A stretch of DNA of 45,516 bases from an uncultured Gammaproteobacteria bacterium (GCA_965231125.1 OZ246414.1:709924-755439), one strand, 5' to 3'; counted from the first letter of the stretch, positions 1 through 9,233 are shown. A program made the numbers and translations. Notes: a model not told the origin generated them from the sequence alone.

Positions 1-161
1 GAAGGTATTCTAAACAGAAAGTTACCGAGCGCCAAAAGGATAACTGCCAGAAAAAATAGTCTTATTAACTTACCGACTCTTCGCTTTTTATTCACGAGGC
101 TCCAGAGACTTTTTTTATTTTTTATACCAAGGTCAAGTGGGGCTTGGGCAGGTATTCTCAT
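1..161 (-). CDS. partial CDS, N-terminus of a membrane-anchored or secreted protein that runs off the left edge
   Basis: In-frame ATG at 161 (alternative GTG at 95) with no stop down to position 1. Translation MRIPAQAPLDLGIKNKKSLWSLVNKKRRVGKLIRLFFLAVILLALGNF has a basic stretch followed by a hydrophobic helix. It is below the ORF-track length cutoff. Confidence 0.3.
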   Translation of the reverse strand, partial: MRIPAQAPLDLGIKNKKSLWSLVNKKRRVGKLIRLFFLAVILLALGNFLFRIP

Positions 162-172
162 ATTGAAATTTT

Positions 173-1864
173 TTACGATATTTCTATCTTCTTTTCCAGC
201 TCCGCTAGGTGTTTTTCGCGCAGTCTCCCGCTAGTTAGATCTTTAATATGGCCCTCTTCCAAAAGACTGGCTACAAAGTAGCTACTTAAAATTCTCGGTA
301 TTATTACGTAATCTGCACCCTCTTCATAAAATTTTAAGGCGGAAGACACTTCTGCCGCCGTCACCACTACCGGCGCCTTAACATGTAGCTGCCTAACAAC
401 CTCCAAAAATTCTTGGGTGTCGGCAGGGTCAAACATAGTTGAAATTATTAGGCTCGCCTGCGGAAGGCTCGCTTTTTCGATTATCTCTTCGTCGCCTATC
501 TCACCGAAAAGCACATCCACCCCCTCATCTATCAGATGACTAACAATTTCTGGGTTAAAATCCACCACCAACACTTCCCTCCCCTGTTCCTTTAACTCTT
601 TTAGAATCTCCGAGCCAAGTCTTCCGGCTCCAACTAACAAAACGTGGTCGGAAAACTCTTTTTCGTTTTCCAAAACTTTTTCACTCTCCCCTCGCGTCGG
701 AAATACAGGAAGATATTTAGACAACCTTTTATAAACCCGCGTACTTTCCAAAATAACGTAGGAAGAAGCGGCGATTGTAATAATACCAACTAAAGTAACT
801 AGGTTGACTACCCCTTGCGATATGTGACCAACTTTATACCCCAAAACAACCAGGATGAGGGAAAATTCTGATATTTGGGCTGTTGCAATTCCCGTCATAA
901 AAGACGTTCTTTTTCGAAAACCAAGATAGCCCATTATTATCATCAGAATTAAAGGGTGCCCGATTAAAACAAAAAGGGAAAGCAACACCGCCGGTACAAT
1001 CACGCTAAAGACTCCAGCAAGAGATATCCTTAAACCAAGGGTTATGAAAAATATGACAATGAAAAGGTCTCGTAGCGGCCGAATCCTTGAAGCGATTTGG
1101 TGCTCCTGCGGAAGTTGCGAAAGCCCAACACCAGCTACGAATGATCCGATTTCGATTGAAAAACCAAAGGCGGCGGCGGCCGAAGCAAAAAGCATCGCCC
1201 AGGCTATTGAAGAGAGAAACAGTAGTTCGGTATTCTTAGCAACTGCCTTAAATAAGTAAGGTGCCAGCCACCGCGAAAAAAAGTAGGCGCCGGCCGCAAA
1301 CACCGCCCCTTCGGCAAGGGTGATAACCAGATCTAAAGACGAAAATTGCGACTCCGTAAAAGAAGAAACTGCAATTAAAGCGACAATTGCTACCAAATCT
1401 TGGACTAAAAGAAATCCGACAACAATTTTTCCGTACAATGAATCCAAATCTCTTTTTTCCGTAAGGAGTTTGACAACTATAATAGTGCTGGAAAAAGTAA
1501 GGGCCAGACCGATGTACAAAGAAGCCACACTCCCAAAACCTAAAACCCGGGAGATTATAAACCCGAGGACGCCAGTAAAAACAATCTGCCCCAGACCAGT
1601 GAGAAAAGCGATTTTGCCAAGGTAGCGGACTTCATCAATTTTAAGTTCCAACCCGACAAGAAAAAGTAGAAAAGCAATACCAAGTTCAGAAAAGAAGCCA
1701 AAAGTATTGTGTACTTGCCCATTTTGGAAAATGCCAAAACTGGCGGCCAAAATGCCCGCCACTATGTAGGCCAAAATAAGTGGTTGTTTAAGGTTTCTGG
1801 CGACGGCTCCAAGAATAGATGCAGCCGCCAGTATTAACCCAAAAGCGAAAAATGCAGAAGACAT
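173..1864 (-). CDS. monovalent cation:proton antiporter, CPA2/Kef type, with C-terminal TrkA-N (RCK) domain
   Basis: 563-aa ORF with ATG at 1864. About 12 hydrophobic helices are followed by the Rossmann-type motif VLLVGAGRLGSEI, which is the Kef/CPA2 architecture. Confidence 0.88.
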   Translation of the reverse strand: MSSAFFAFGLILAAASILGAVARNLKQPLILAYIVAGILAASFGIFQNGQVHNTFGFFSELGIAFLLFLVGLELKIDEVRYLGKIAFLTGLGQIVFTGVLGFIISRVLGFGSVASLYIGLALTFSSTIIVVKLLTEKRDLDSLYGKIVVGFLLVQDLVAIVALIAVSSFTESQFSSLDLVITLAEGAVFAAGAYFFSRWLAPYLFKAVAKNTELLFLSSIAWAMLFASAAAAFGFSIEIGSFVAGVGLSQLPQEHQIASRIRPLRDLFIVIFFITLGLRISLAGVFSVIVPAVLLSLFVLIGHPLILMIIMGYLGFRKRTSFMTGIATAQISEFSLILVVLGYKVGHISQGVVNLVTLVGIITIAASSYVILESTRVYKRLSKYLPVFPTRGESEKVLENEKEFSDHVLLVGAGRLGSEILKELKEQGREVLVVDFNPEIVSHLIDEGVDVLFGEIGDEEIIEKASLPQASLIISTMFDPADTQEFLEVVRQLHVKAPVVVTAAEVSSALKFYEEGADYVIIPRILSSYFVASLLEEGHIKDLTSGRLREKHLAELEKKIEIS

Positions 1865-1925
1865 TATTTAGTGATTAATTGATTTGTTAGTTGGCTAATT
1901 AGTATCTATTTTAACAAAGGTTCTG

Positions 1926-1980
1926 GAAAAAGAAAATGACGTCCTCCCCGACTGAAGTCGGGGTTGCCGACGTTTTCTCG
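1926..1980 (-). terminator. intrinsic terminator-like hairpin downstream of rluD
   Basis: CCCCGAC-TGAA-GTCGGGG stem (1946-1963) is extended by GACGT/ACGTC pairing. On the minus strand it is followed by ATTTTCTTTTT. Confidence 0.6.
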
Positions 1981-2045
1981 CACTGATGAATCAGGGCTCG
2001 AAAATGGAAAGCGGCTTGCCGGGTCTTGAGCTAGGCAACTTCTGC

Positions 2046-3005
2046 CTAGCTAAGGGTTTTGTTTTGGAGTTTCTCGAGGACTTTTTGGAGGTCTTCTGGG
2101 AGTTTACTTTCAAAGTGGATTCTTTTCCCGGTCACGGGATGAATAAATTCTAAATACGCGGCGTGGAGGAATTGACGTGGGCTTAGCATTTTTCCACCGT
2201 AAAGTTTATCCCCAACTATTGGGTGACCGATATGGGCAAGATGGACCCGGATTTGGTGAGTCCGGCCTGTTTTCGGCTCTACTTCAAGAAGAGAAAACCC
2301 GCCTGCCGGACGGGCAGGCCCGCCTCGGCTCGCGCCGGGCGAGACGGGCCCGTCACCGATGTGTTTTATCAACCTGTAATAGGTATGGGCTGCTTTCCCA
2401 TCTGCGGAGACAGTAAATTTTTTGCGGTTTACCGAGTGTCTCGCAATTGGCGCATCGATACCACCGAAATTTTTTTCTATCTTTCCTTGTACCAGGGAGA
2501 TGTATTTTTTTTCAACTAAGCGCGCCTTAAACTGTTTTTTTAAGGATTCCAGCGCTTTTTCAGTTTTCGCCACGACGATTAGGCCACTGGTATCCTTATC
2601 CAGCCGGTGCACAATCCCCGGCCGCAAACTTTCGCCGACACTGCCGATACCCTTAAAATGATAAAGCAAAGCGTTAACCAATGTGCCGGATGGATGATCC
2701 AGAGTCGGGTGCGTCACCATCCCAGCATCTTTGTTGATAACCATAACATCAGGGTCTTCGTAAACCACGTTCAATGGAATGTTCTCCGCTTTTACCTCTT
2801 TTGAAGCTGGTGCCGGAATTTCGACCGTAACTTTATCACCCTTTACTGGTTTGTAAGATGGGTCGGCAGAACGCTCGTTGACTTTAATAAACCGCTCCCC
2901 TATTAATTTCTTTATTTGGGATCGAGAGAGATTTTTAATTTCGTGGGCCAGAAACAGATCTAAACGTTTAAGTTTCGGGGTAATCTTTACTTGTATCGTC
3001 CTCAT
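2046..3005 (-). CDS. rluD: 23S rRNA pseudouridine synthase, RluA/RluD family
   Basis: S4-like N-terminus, catalytic-Asp motif HRLDKDTSG and TGRTHQIRVH motif. It carries an extra Gly/Pro/Arg-rich loop (see findings). Confidence 0.9.
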   Translation of the reverse strand: MRTIQVKITPKLKRLDLFLAHEIKNLSRSQIKKLIGERFIKVNERSADPSYKPVKGDKVTVEIPAPASKEVKAENIPLNVVYEDPDVMVINKDAGMVTHPTLDHPSGTLVNALLYHFKGIGSVGESLRPGIVHRLDKDTSGLIVVAKTEKALESLKKQFKARLVEKKYISLVQGKIEKNFGGIDAPIARHSVNRKKFTVSADGKAAHTYYRLIKHIGDGPVSPGASRGGPARPAGGFSLLEVEPKTGRTHQIRVHLAHIGHPIVGDKLYGGKMLSPRQFLHAAYLEFIHPVTGKRIHFESKLPEDLQKVLEKLQNKTLS

Positions 3006-3014
3006 TAAAAACCG

Positions 3015-3407
3015 TTACTTACCTTTACTTAGAAAGACTTTTATCTCATTTAAAACTTGGTCGGGGTTCAGAGCGCTTTTCACTAAATAACCGGAGGCTC
3101 CTAAGGAAAAACCTTCTTTGATGATAGAATCCTGACCCAAATTCGTAAGAAGGACTACGGGGCCATTGCCTTTCTTAGACTTTTTCTCTTGCGTTCGGCG
3201 CAGTATTTCTAAACCGTCAATTTTTGGCAGCATTATATCGAGAAGAATTAAAGCGTAACCCCCCTCGGTAAATTTATTTAAACCCACTTCTCCATCTTCG
3301 GCTAAATCGACGCTGTAGCCTTCACCCCGCAAAAGCTCATCGTAAAGTTCTCTTAAAAATTGGTCGTCTTCAATTACTAATATTCTTTCTGACTTTGCAT
3401 CCGCCAT
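3015..3407 (-). CDS. stand-alone response regulator receiver domain (CheY-like)
   Basis: Contains ERILVIEDD, LILLDIMLPKIDG and a conserved K near the C-terminus, with no output domain. ATG at 3407 is preferred over the upstream ORF-track start. Confidence 0.85.
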   Translation of the reverse strand: MADAKSERILVIEDDQFLRELYDELLRGEGYSVDLAEDGEVGLNKFTEGGYALILLDIMLPKIDGLEILRRTQEKKSKKGNGPVVLLTNLGQDSIIKEGFSLGASGYLVKSALNPDQVLNEIKVFLSKGK

Positions 3408-3428
3408 ATTAGTATAATAATAACACAA

Positions 3429-3773
3429 TCAACGTCTTCTTAGCTTCTCTTCGCAATCCACACACAAAGATGCTGTCGGCATTACCGCCAGACGTTCCTC
3501 GGGAATTTTGTTCCCGCAATTTTTGCAAACCCCGTAAGTGCCGTCTTGAATTCTTTTTAGTGCCCCCTCCACAGCGGCAAGACTCTCCTTAAGACTCATT
3601 CTGGTAGCGACAATCCTATCGTGGCCCTCAGTCTCAGTTATCTCATCGTCTAGAGTTTTTTGCGAGCTTCTAGACGGAGACAAATAAGGATCTTCTTTTT
3701 TGTAATGATCAAGCTCACCAATTATTCGCTCTTTTTCTTCAGAAAGTTTCTTTTTCAGGCTGTCAAAATTCAT
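3429..3773 (-). CDS. DksA/TraR-family C4 zinc-finger protein
   Basis: Coiled-coil N-terminal part plus a four-Cys finger, CKNCGNKIPEERLAVMPTASLCVDCEEK. Confidence 0.8.
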   Translation of the reverse strand: MNFDSLKKKLSEEKERIIGELDHYKKEDPYLSPSRSSQKTLDDEITETEGHDRIVATRMSLKESLAAVEGALKRIQDGTYGVCKNCGNKIPEERLAVMPTASLCVDCEEKLRRR

Positions 3774-4601
3774 TTACCTCCAGACTTTCAATTTTCGCAA
3801 AACTCGCCCGTTTACTGAAAGAATAAATTTTAAAGACCCGACAAAATCTTTCCGTAAACTCCTGTACCCCAGATAGTATAAGGTAAAAGCTGACAGCGTT
3901 GCAACTAAAAAGCTTGCCACTTGAGCGCTTCTTAAGCTACCTAGATAAGTGGAGTCGGCCCTAAAAAATTCGAAGAAGGCTCTTCCCAAAGCGAGAAAAA
4001 AACCGCTGTATAGGAAAACTCTACCGCTGCGAATCTCTGTAGCTTTCAAATTTTCTTCGTAAAAGTTCTTCATGATGAGAAATAAAACCGCGGCGAAAAT
4101 TGCCTGGTAAAGAGCCGTCGGGTGTCTGGCTCCTTCAAGTCCGGGGATGATCACCCCCCAAGGCAGGAATGTCCTTGTTCCAACCTCCACTCCGCCTAAG
4201 AAAGCGCCGGTCTTTACCAAAGCGGTGGCGGCCAGAAGTGCTAGAGTGGCGAAATCGGCTACTTGAAAAAAAGGCCATTTCCACACTCTGGTGAGAATCA
4301 AACCAGCTATAAAAATACCGATTAATACTCCAAAAAATGAAAGCCCTCCCTCCCAAAAAGCAAAAGCAGATCTTGGGTTTTCGGTAAAAAGTCCAGTGTG
4401 CAGAAGTACAAAAACTAGCCGGCCTACCAATAAAGCACCGATGAGACCAATAAGGGCTAGATCCAAAAGCTTCTCCTCTTCATAACCCTGCCGCCTGCCT
4501 TCTCGCCAAAGAATAAATGTCCCAACAAGGTATCCTGCAACTAGAAAAAAACCGTATGAAGAAATTGTAAAGTGGCCAATTTTAAATAATTCAGGCAACA
4601 T
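3774..4601 (-). CDS. lgt: prolipoprotein diacylglyceryl transferase
   Basis: Polytopic membrane protein with Lgt-like N-terminus (FTISSYGFFLVAGYLVG) and an RHPTALYQA motif resembling Lgt RHPSQLYE. Confidence 0.88.
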   Translation of the reverse strand: MLPELFKIGHFTISSYGFFLVAGYLVGTFILWREGRRQGYEEEKLLDLALIGLIGALLVGRLVFVLLHTGLFTENPRSAFAFWEGGLSFFGVLIGIFIAGLILTRVWKWPFFQVADFATLALLAATALVKTGAFLGGVEVGTRTFLPWGVIIPGLEGARHPTALYQAIFAAVLFLIMKNFYEENLKATEIRSGRVFLYSGFFLALGRAFFEFFRADSTYLGSLRSAQVASFLVATLSAFTLYYLGYRSLRKDFVGSLKFILSVNGRVLRKLKVWR

Positions 4602-6063
4602 ATTTCTCGACTAGCTTTACCAAGGTTCGTACCACAACTCCAGTTGGGCCTTTGGCCATATACGGACGCTCACCAGACAACCACGCCGTGGCGGCTATAT
4701 CCAAATGAGCTAGTGGCACTTTTTTATCGACAAATTCCAAAAGGAACATCGCACCAGCGATTGACCCGGCCCCAGACACCGCACTCGCCTGACCATCCCC
4801 TGGAGCGTTATTTAGATCAGCGATGTCGCTTTTAAGCAAATCTTTGTATTCATCAAAAGTAGGCAACTGCCAATAAAGTTCGCCTACCTCTTCTCCCGCC
4901 TTGATAACTTCTTCTATCCAAGAATCGGGCTTTCCCATAATACCGACGGCTACGTTACCAAGAGCTACGTTTATCGCGCCAGTTAATGTAGCTATATCAA
5001 CTAAACGGGTCGCTCCCAGTTTTTGCGCATAGACTAGGGAGTCAGAAAGTACAAGCCTACCTTCCGCATCAGTGTTGATCACCTCTATGGTTTTATTATT
5101 CATTGCTTTCAGAACATCACCAGGTTTCAGCGCACTCCCACCGGGAAGGTTTTCGGTCAAAGGTAAAACTGCAACTATATTTATCTTCGGTTTCAATTCC
5201 CCAACAATTTTCATTAACCCAAGGCAGGAAGCCGCCCCAGACATGTCAGTTTTCATTTCCCACATACCCTTGGAAGGCTTTATCGATATACCCCCAGAAT
5301 CAAAAGTTATTCCTTTCCCGACAACTCCTAAAGTTTTGGCGTCCTTAGAGCCTTTATATTTTAAATAAACCATAAATGAAGGCTCGCTGCTTCCCTTTGC
5401 AACCCCCACAAAAGCTCCCATTCCCAACTTCGCCGCTTCACTCTCATTAACAACCCCAATCTCAAACTTGTAATGGCCAGCAATCTTTCTTGCTTCTTCC
5501 ACCATTCTGGTCGGAGTCATCACGTTTGCAGGCTCGGTTATCAGTCTTCTCACCCAATTTATGGAATCAGAAATTATACTCGCGCGCTTAATAGTTGATT
5601 GGTCTGCCATACCAACTAAAATTAACTCGCTAATCTCCGATTCGTCTTTGCTGCTCTTATACAAACCAGTATCAAAAACACCAAGAACAACCCCCTCAAC
5701 TGCCTCTTCGACGTCTACTGATTTTTCCAAGCTAAAAGCAAGAGTTTTAGCCCCGATTTTTTGGGCGCGGCGGGCGGCCGTGCCTGCCAAATTACGAGCG
5801 AGTCTCGCCGAAAAATCCGTTTTTTTTCCAGCGCCAACCAAAAGCACCCGTGTCGCCAGAATTTTCCCGTGAGTAAAAATAGAGGTGGTCTCATAAAGTT
5901 TACCGCTAAATTCTTTGAGACGAATTACTTCGGAAATTGAACCACTTATTTTCTTGTCTAACTTGTCCACTTCGCTAGAAAGTTTTTCACCTTCAAATAA
6001 AATTAAAGCAAGGCAATCACTTTTTACTTCTAGCAGGGATTTATCAATAGACGATATTTTCAT
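4591..6063 (-). CDS. pepA: leucyl aminopeptidase (M17)
   Basis: M17 signature NTDAEGRL and VGKGITFDSGG motif. Length is 490 aa. Confidence 0.92.
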   Translation of the reverse strand: MKISSIDKSLLEVKSDCLALILFEGEKLSSEVDKLDKKISGSISEVIRLKEFSGKLYETTSIFTHGKILATRVLLVGAGKKTDFSARLARNLAGTAARRAQKIGAKTLAFSLEKSVDVEEAVEGVVLGVFDTGLYKSSKDESEISELILVGMADQSTIKRASIISDSINWVRRLITEPANVMTPTRMVEEARKIAGHYKFEIGVVNESEAAKLGMGAFVGVAKGSSEPSFMVYLKYKGSKDAKTLGVVGKGITFDSGGISIKPSKGMWEMKTDMSGAASCLGLMKIVGELKPKINIVAVLPLTENLPGGSALKPGDVLKAMNNKTIEVINTDAEGRLVLSDSLVYAQKLGATRLVDIATLTGAINVALGNVAVGIMGKPDSWIEEVIKAGEEVGELYWQLPTFDEYKDLLKSDIADLNNAPGDGQASAVSGAGSIAGAMFLLEFVDKKVPLAHLDIAATAWLSGERPYMAKGPTGVVVRTLVKLVEKYVA

Positions 6064-6125
6064 AGACTCAAAATTGTATCAAATACACTCCTTACTGACA
6101 AGGAACTTCTCGAGTATCAGTAAAT

Positions 6126-7280
6126 CTAGATTATTGTTACTTCTTTTATTTCTTTTGGCGCTTTAGACAGAACCTCACAACCATTTTCCTTTACTACCAC
6201 AATATCTTCAAGACGTATTCCTCCCCAGGCTGGTATATAAACCCCAGGCTCCACTGTTAAAACATTTCCAGCGACGAGCTTACTTTTAGAATGAATCGAA
6301 AGTCTGGGTAATTCATGAACTGCAAGCCCTACACCATGACCCAACCCATGGCGATAAAAATATTCTTTTTTAGCGGCTGGCAACTTCTCTTTCAAATAAT
6401 CTTTCACTTTTTTGTCAATAAAATTGCCCCTTCTACCCTTCCTAACCAAACTTATACCCAGTTTTTGCGCATCGTAAACTAAATCGTAAATTTTTTTCTG
6501 CTCGGTAGTGGGTCGGCCGACAAAAAACACTCTGGTAATATCTGAGTAATAACCTTTATAAACAGCTCCATAATCCACTAGAACCATATCGTTTTTCTTT
6601 ATCCTTACATCTGCTGCACCGTAATGAGCCATTGAGGAATTAGGGGTAGCGGCAACAATGAAAGGGTCCCACGCCATCTTTTCTGCTCCAGACTCCCGCA
6701 TAAACTTTTCCATCTCCCAAGCAATGTGGGCTTCTGTCGTACCCGCCCGTGCAAAATTTAAGATATGGTCAAACGCACTATCGGCAATACTTGCTGCCTT
6801 GCGAATATTTTCCACTTCAAAGTGATCTTTAACTGCTCTTAATCCCTCGACTAAGTGAGCAACTGGTACTAGCTTGGTGCTCTTACAAAATTTTTTCAGT
6901 CTTTTTAAATTGAAGACCGAGAGATCGTGGGATTCAAAACCGACTCTTGCAAGTTTAAGTTTTCGGGCGACTTCCCCAAAAAAAGCCGGTAGTGAGCCCT
7001 CGTACTCTAAAATTTCAAAGTTGTCCACTGCTTTTGCTGCGTGCTCAGTATAACGAGAATCGGTGAGGATATAGGAACCTTCTTGGGTGACAAGCAACCA
7101 ACCACTTTCGGCATCTCCCTGCCAGAGAGTTAAGTAGTGACGGTTTTCAGGAGAGCTAATTATAAGAGCGTCGAGGGAAGCTCTGTTGAGCTCTTCCTTA
7201 AGTTTCTGCAGGCGTCTTGCGAGGACGTCCTCGAGGCCTTTTAACTTGGGGCTCTGGTTTTTCTTTTCTTGGCCGACCAC
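6126..7280 (-). CDS. pepP: Xaa-Pro aminopeptidase (M24B)
   Basis: Creatinase-like N-domain (LDALIISS) and pita-bread motifs HGLGHGVGLAVHE and GGIRLED. GTG at 7280 with AAGGAGG 8 nt upstream is preferred over TTG at 7310. Confidence 0.85.
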   Translation of the reverse strand: MVGQEKKNQSPKLKGLEDVLARRLQKLKEELNRASLDALIISSPENRHYLTLWQGDAESGWLLVTQEGSYILTDSRYTEHAAKAVDNFEILEYEGSLPAFFGEVARKLKLARVGFESHDLSVFNLKRLKKFCKSTKLVPVAHLVEGLRAVKDHFEVENIRKAASIADSAFDHILNFARAGTTEAHIAWEMEKFMRESGAEKMAWDPFIVAATPNSSMAHYGAADVRIKKNDMVLVDYGAVYKGYYSDITRVFFVGRPTTEQKKIYDLVYDAQKLGISLVRKGRRGNFIDKKVKDYLKEKLPAAKKEYFYRHGLGHGVGLAVHELPRLSIHSKSKLVAGNVLTVEPGVYIPAWGGIRLEDIVVVKENGCEVLSKAPKEIKEVTII

Positions 7281-7836
7281 GTTTTTTACCTCCTTGCTTA
7301 CGGGGAACAAGTCGCAGGCTTTTTATAAAATTAAAAAACGACTCTGCTCGGCTTCCACCGCCGACAGATTCCGAAAATATTGGTAACTGACTGCTAGCCT
7401 GCCGCTCTTTTTGGACATGGGCACAGAAAGGGCACACTTTCCAGCTAAAGTTTATCTGCTGACCGCAACTTTCGCAGGCTTTTTTCAGAGAAGCACCGCA
7501 GTTCGTACAAAAGGCAAACTCGTTCTCAACCATCTCACCACACCGGTAGCAAAAGGCAGAGCGACTTTGCGACTCAAAGACCCTCTCTTCAAGAAAATGC
7601 AACTGAAATTCTTCCTTAGTTTGGGAAGGTCGAAGAATAAGATAGATTGCGAATCCTGGTAAAAAACCAAGCGCCACTAAGGTAACGGCCCCTAACCGAT
7701 ACCACATGTTGCTCGTTCGGTTGGCCATGTCAAACCAAGTCCACACCGTCAGGGCCACCCAAAGAGCGAATACATATCCCAGCAAAATCCCAATCGTGCT
7801 AGCTTTTGATAAAAAACTCAGAAAATCGGCTGTCAT
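7198..7836 (-). CDS. membrane protein with double zinc-ribbon and basic GRPRK-repeat tail
   Basis: Two N-terminal TM helices, then CYRCG...CTNCG and CESCG...CPFC ribbons, and a C-terminal KRGRPRK...RGRPRK tail. ATG at 7836 is preferred over GTG at 7857. Confidence 0.6.
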   Translation of the reverse strand: MTADFLSFLSKASTIGILLGYVFALWVALTVWTWFDMANRTSNMWYRLGAVTLVALGFLPGFAIYLILRPSQTKEEFQLHFLEERVFESQSRSAFCYRCGEMVENEFAFCTNCGASLKKACESCGQQINFSWKVCPFCAHVQKERQASSQLPIFSESVGGGSRAESFFNFIKSLRLVPRKQGGKKRGRPRKEKPEPQVKRPRGRPRKTPAET

Positions 7837-7841
7837 AAATT

Positions 7842-7870
7842 TTGACAAATATAACACAAAGAACTAGAAT
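7842..7870 (+). promoter_or_regulatory. sigma70-like promoter TTGACA-17-TAGAAT
   Basis: -35 at 7842-7847 and -10 at 7865-7870, with only 10 nt to the ATG at 7881 (leaderless-type). Confidence 0.6.
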
Positions 7871-7880
7871 TTTAAACTAT

Positions 7881-8315
7881 ATGCTTTCAACCCCCCATAT
7901 TTTGGTTGGTGCGGCTATCGCCAAATCTATCCCCAACCCTTACGTATCACTACCAGCTGCCTTCCTAAGTCACTTTGTTTTTGATTTTATACCTCACTGG
8001 GATTTTTCGGTTACGGCCGGGGCAAAACACCAGGCGGCTGCTTTTGCCGACTACATTGTCGGTCTTAGCTTGGTGTTTATAATCGCCTCTGGCAACCCTT
8101 CACTAGCAATTCTGCTTTTAGCAGGAGTTGCCGCAACTTTGCCGGATTTTATTCTTGGTGGTTGGCGAGTGTTAAACTTAGAAATTTTGAACATTTCCCC
8201 ACTAAAAATAATGAACAGCTTTCACTTGGAGATTCAAAACCGCATCTCTCCAGTCTGGGGCGGCCTCTTTTCCCTGATAACTATACTAATAAGTATCTTT
8301 ATATTAATTAAATAA
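7881..8315 (+). CDS. small integral membrane protein, unknown function
   Basis: Four hydrophobic helices. ATG at 7881 sits just downstream of a consensus promoter, and the ORF-track TTG start at 7842 is the -35 box itself. Confidence 0.55.
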   Translation: MLSTPHILVGAAIAKSIPNPYVSLPAAFLSHFVFDFIPHWDFSVTAGAKHQAAAFADYIVGLSLVFIIASGNPSLAILLLAGVAATLPDFILGGWRVLNLEILNISPLKIMNSFHLEIQNRISPVWGGLFSLITILISIFILIK

Positions 8316-8348
8316 TCTACTTATCACTTATTACTTGTCACTTACTAC

Positions 8349-8909
8349 TTACTTCGCTCTTTCTACGTATTGATTTGACCTAGTATCAATCTTAATTCGA
8401 TCACCATTTTTAATAAATAAAGGTACATTAATCGTGAGTCCATTTTCTAAAGTAGCTGGCTTATAAACGTTGGACACAGTATCACCTCGAACTCCGGGGC
8501 CTGTCTCGGCAACTGCGAGATCCATTAGTTTAGGCATCTCTACTCCCAAAACTACCTCTTCTGAAGTTAAAACATCGTACAAGCTAGATTCTTTCAGAAA
8601 TTTTTCTTTTCCACCCAAAATAGTCTCTTTCACTGGAAATTGTTCAAATGTTTTCGGGTCCATAAAAACTAAGTTTTCGGCATCTTTATACAAATATTGA
8701 AGCTTTTTCTTCTCGGTACTGGCCTCGTCAACTCTGGCCCCGGAAATAAAAGTTTTTTCAGAAAGTTGCCCTGTTTTTAAATTTCGGGCGCGGATTTTAA
8801 TATTGGCGCTTCCCCGCCCCATTTTAATATGTTGGTAGGAAACAACCTCAAAGATGTCTGCGTCTTGTTTAAAAGTTGTTCCGTTCCGCAGTTCTGTCAC
8901 GGGAATCAT
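8349..8909 (-). CDS. efp: translation elongation factor P
   Basis: The translation from MIPVTELRNGTTFKQ onward, including GRGSANIKIRARNLKTG, matches the EF-P N-terminal KOW-like region. ATG at 8909, since the longer ORF-track N-terminus overlaps the tRNA. Confidence 0.92.
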   Translation of the reverse strand: MIPVTELRNGTTFKQDADIFEVVSYQHIKMGRGSANIKIRARNLKTGQLSEKTFISGARVDEASTEKKKLQYLYKDAENLVFMDPKTFEQFPVKETILGGKEKFLKESSLYDVLTSEEVVLGVEMPKLMDLAVAETGPGVRGDTVSNVYKPATLENGLTINVPLFIKNGDRIKIDTRSNQYVERAK

Positions 8910-8925
8910 ATAAATTTGAAGGTAA

Positions 8926-9012
8926 TGGTGGGCAAGGTGGGAATCGAACCCACAAGGTGTTGCCACCATAGGTTTTTGAGACCTACGCGTATACCAGTTC
9001 CGCCACTTGCCC
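8926..9012 (-). tRNA. tRNA-Leu (anticodon CAA), type II with long variable arm, CCA encoded
   Basis: Manual fold: acceptor GGGCAAG/CTTGCCC, anticodon stem TAGGT/ACCTA with loop CUCAAAA, variable stem GGTG/CACC, T-arm GTGGG-TTCGATT-CCCAC, discriminator A plus CCA. Confidence 0.9.
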
Positions 9013-9190
9013 ATTATTAAACGCTGTCTACCTAGCTCACAAAGTGAGCGCAGGGCGCTTGCGTATCAAAATCCTTAATTTTGATACGGAGCGCTCTCTT
9101 CCACCACGCCGGCATAAATTATATATTTGACTAGGTGGGCACCAATTGCCCAGTAAGTTCAAAATTATACAATTTATGCTCCCCCTTTTC

Positions 9191-9233
9191 AAGGAAAAAG
9201 AAAGAGGAGGGCTTATTTGGGTGCCTCCTCTTT
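9191..9233 (-). terminator. rho-independent terminator of the 9244-9636 gene
   Basis: AAAGAGGAGG/CCTCCTCTTT 10-bp stem (9201-9233), followed on the minus strand by CTTTTTCCTT. Confidence 0.75.

Noticed and set aside
8910-9014. N-terminal 35-aa extension of the efp ORF
   Set aside because: The extension is the reverse-strand reading of tRNA-Leu. EF-P homology begins at the internal MIPVTELRNG start.
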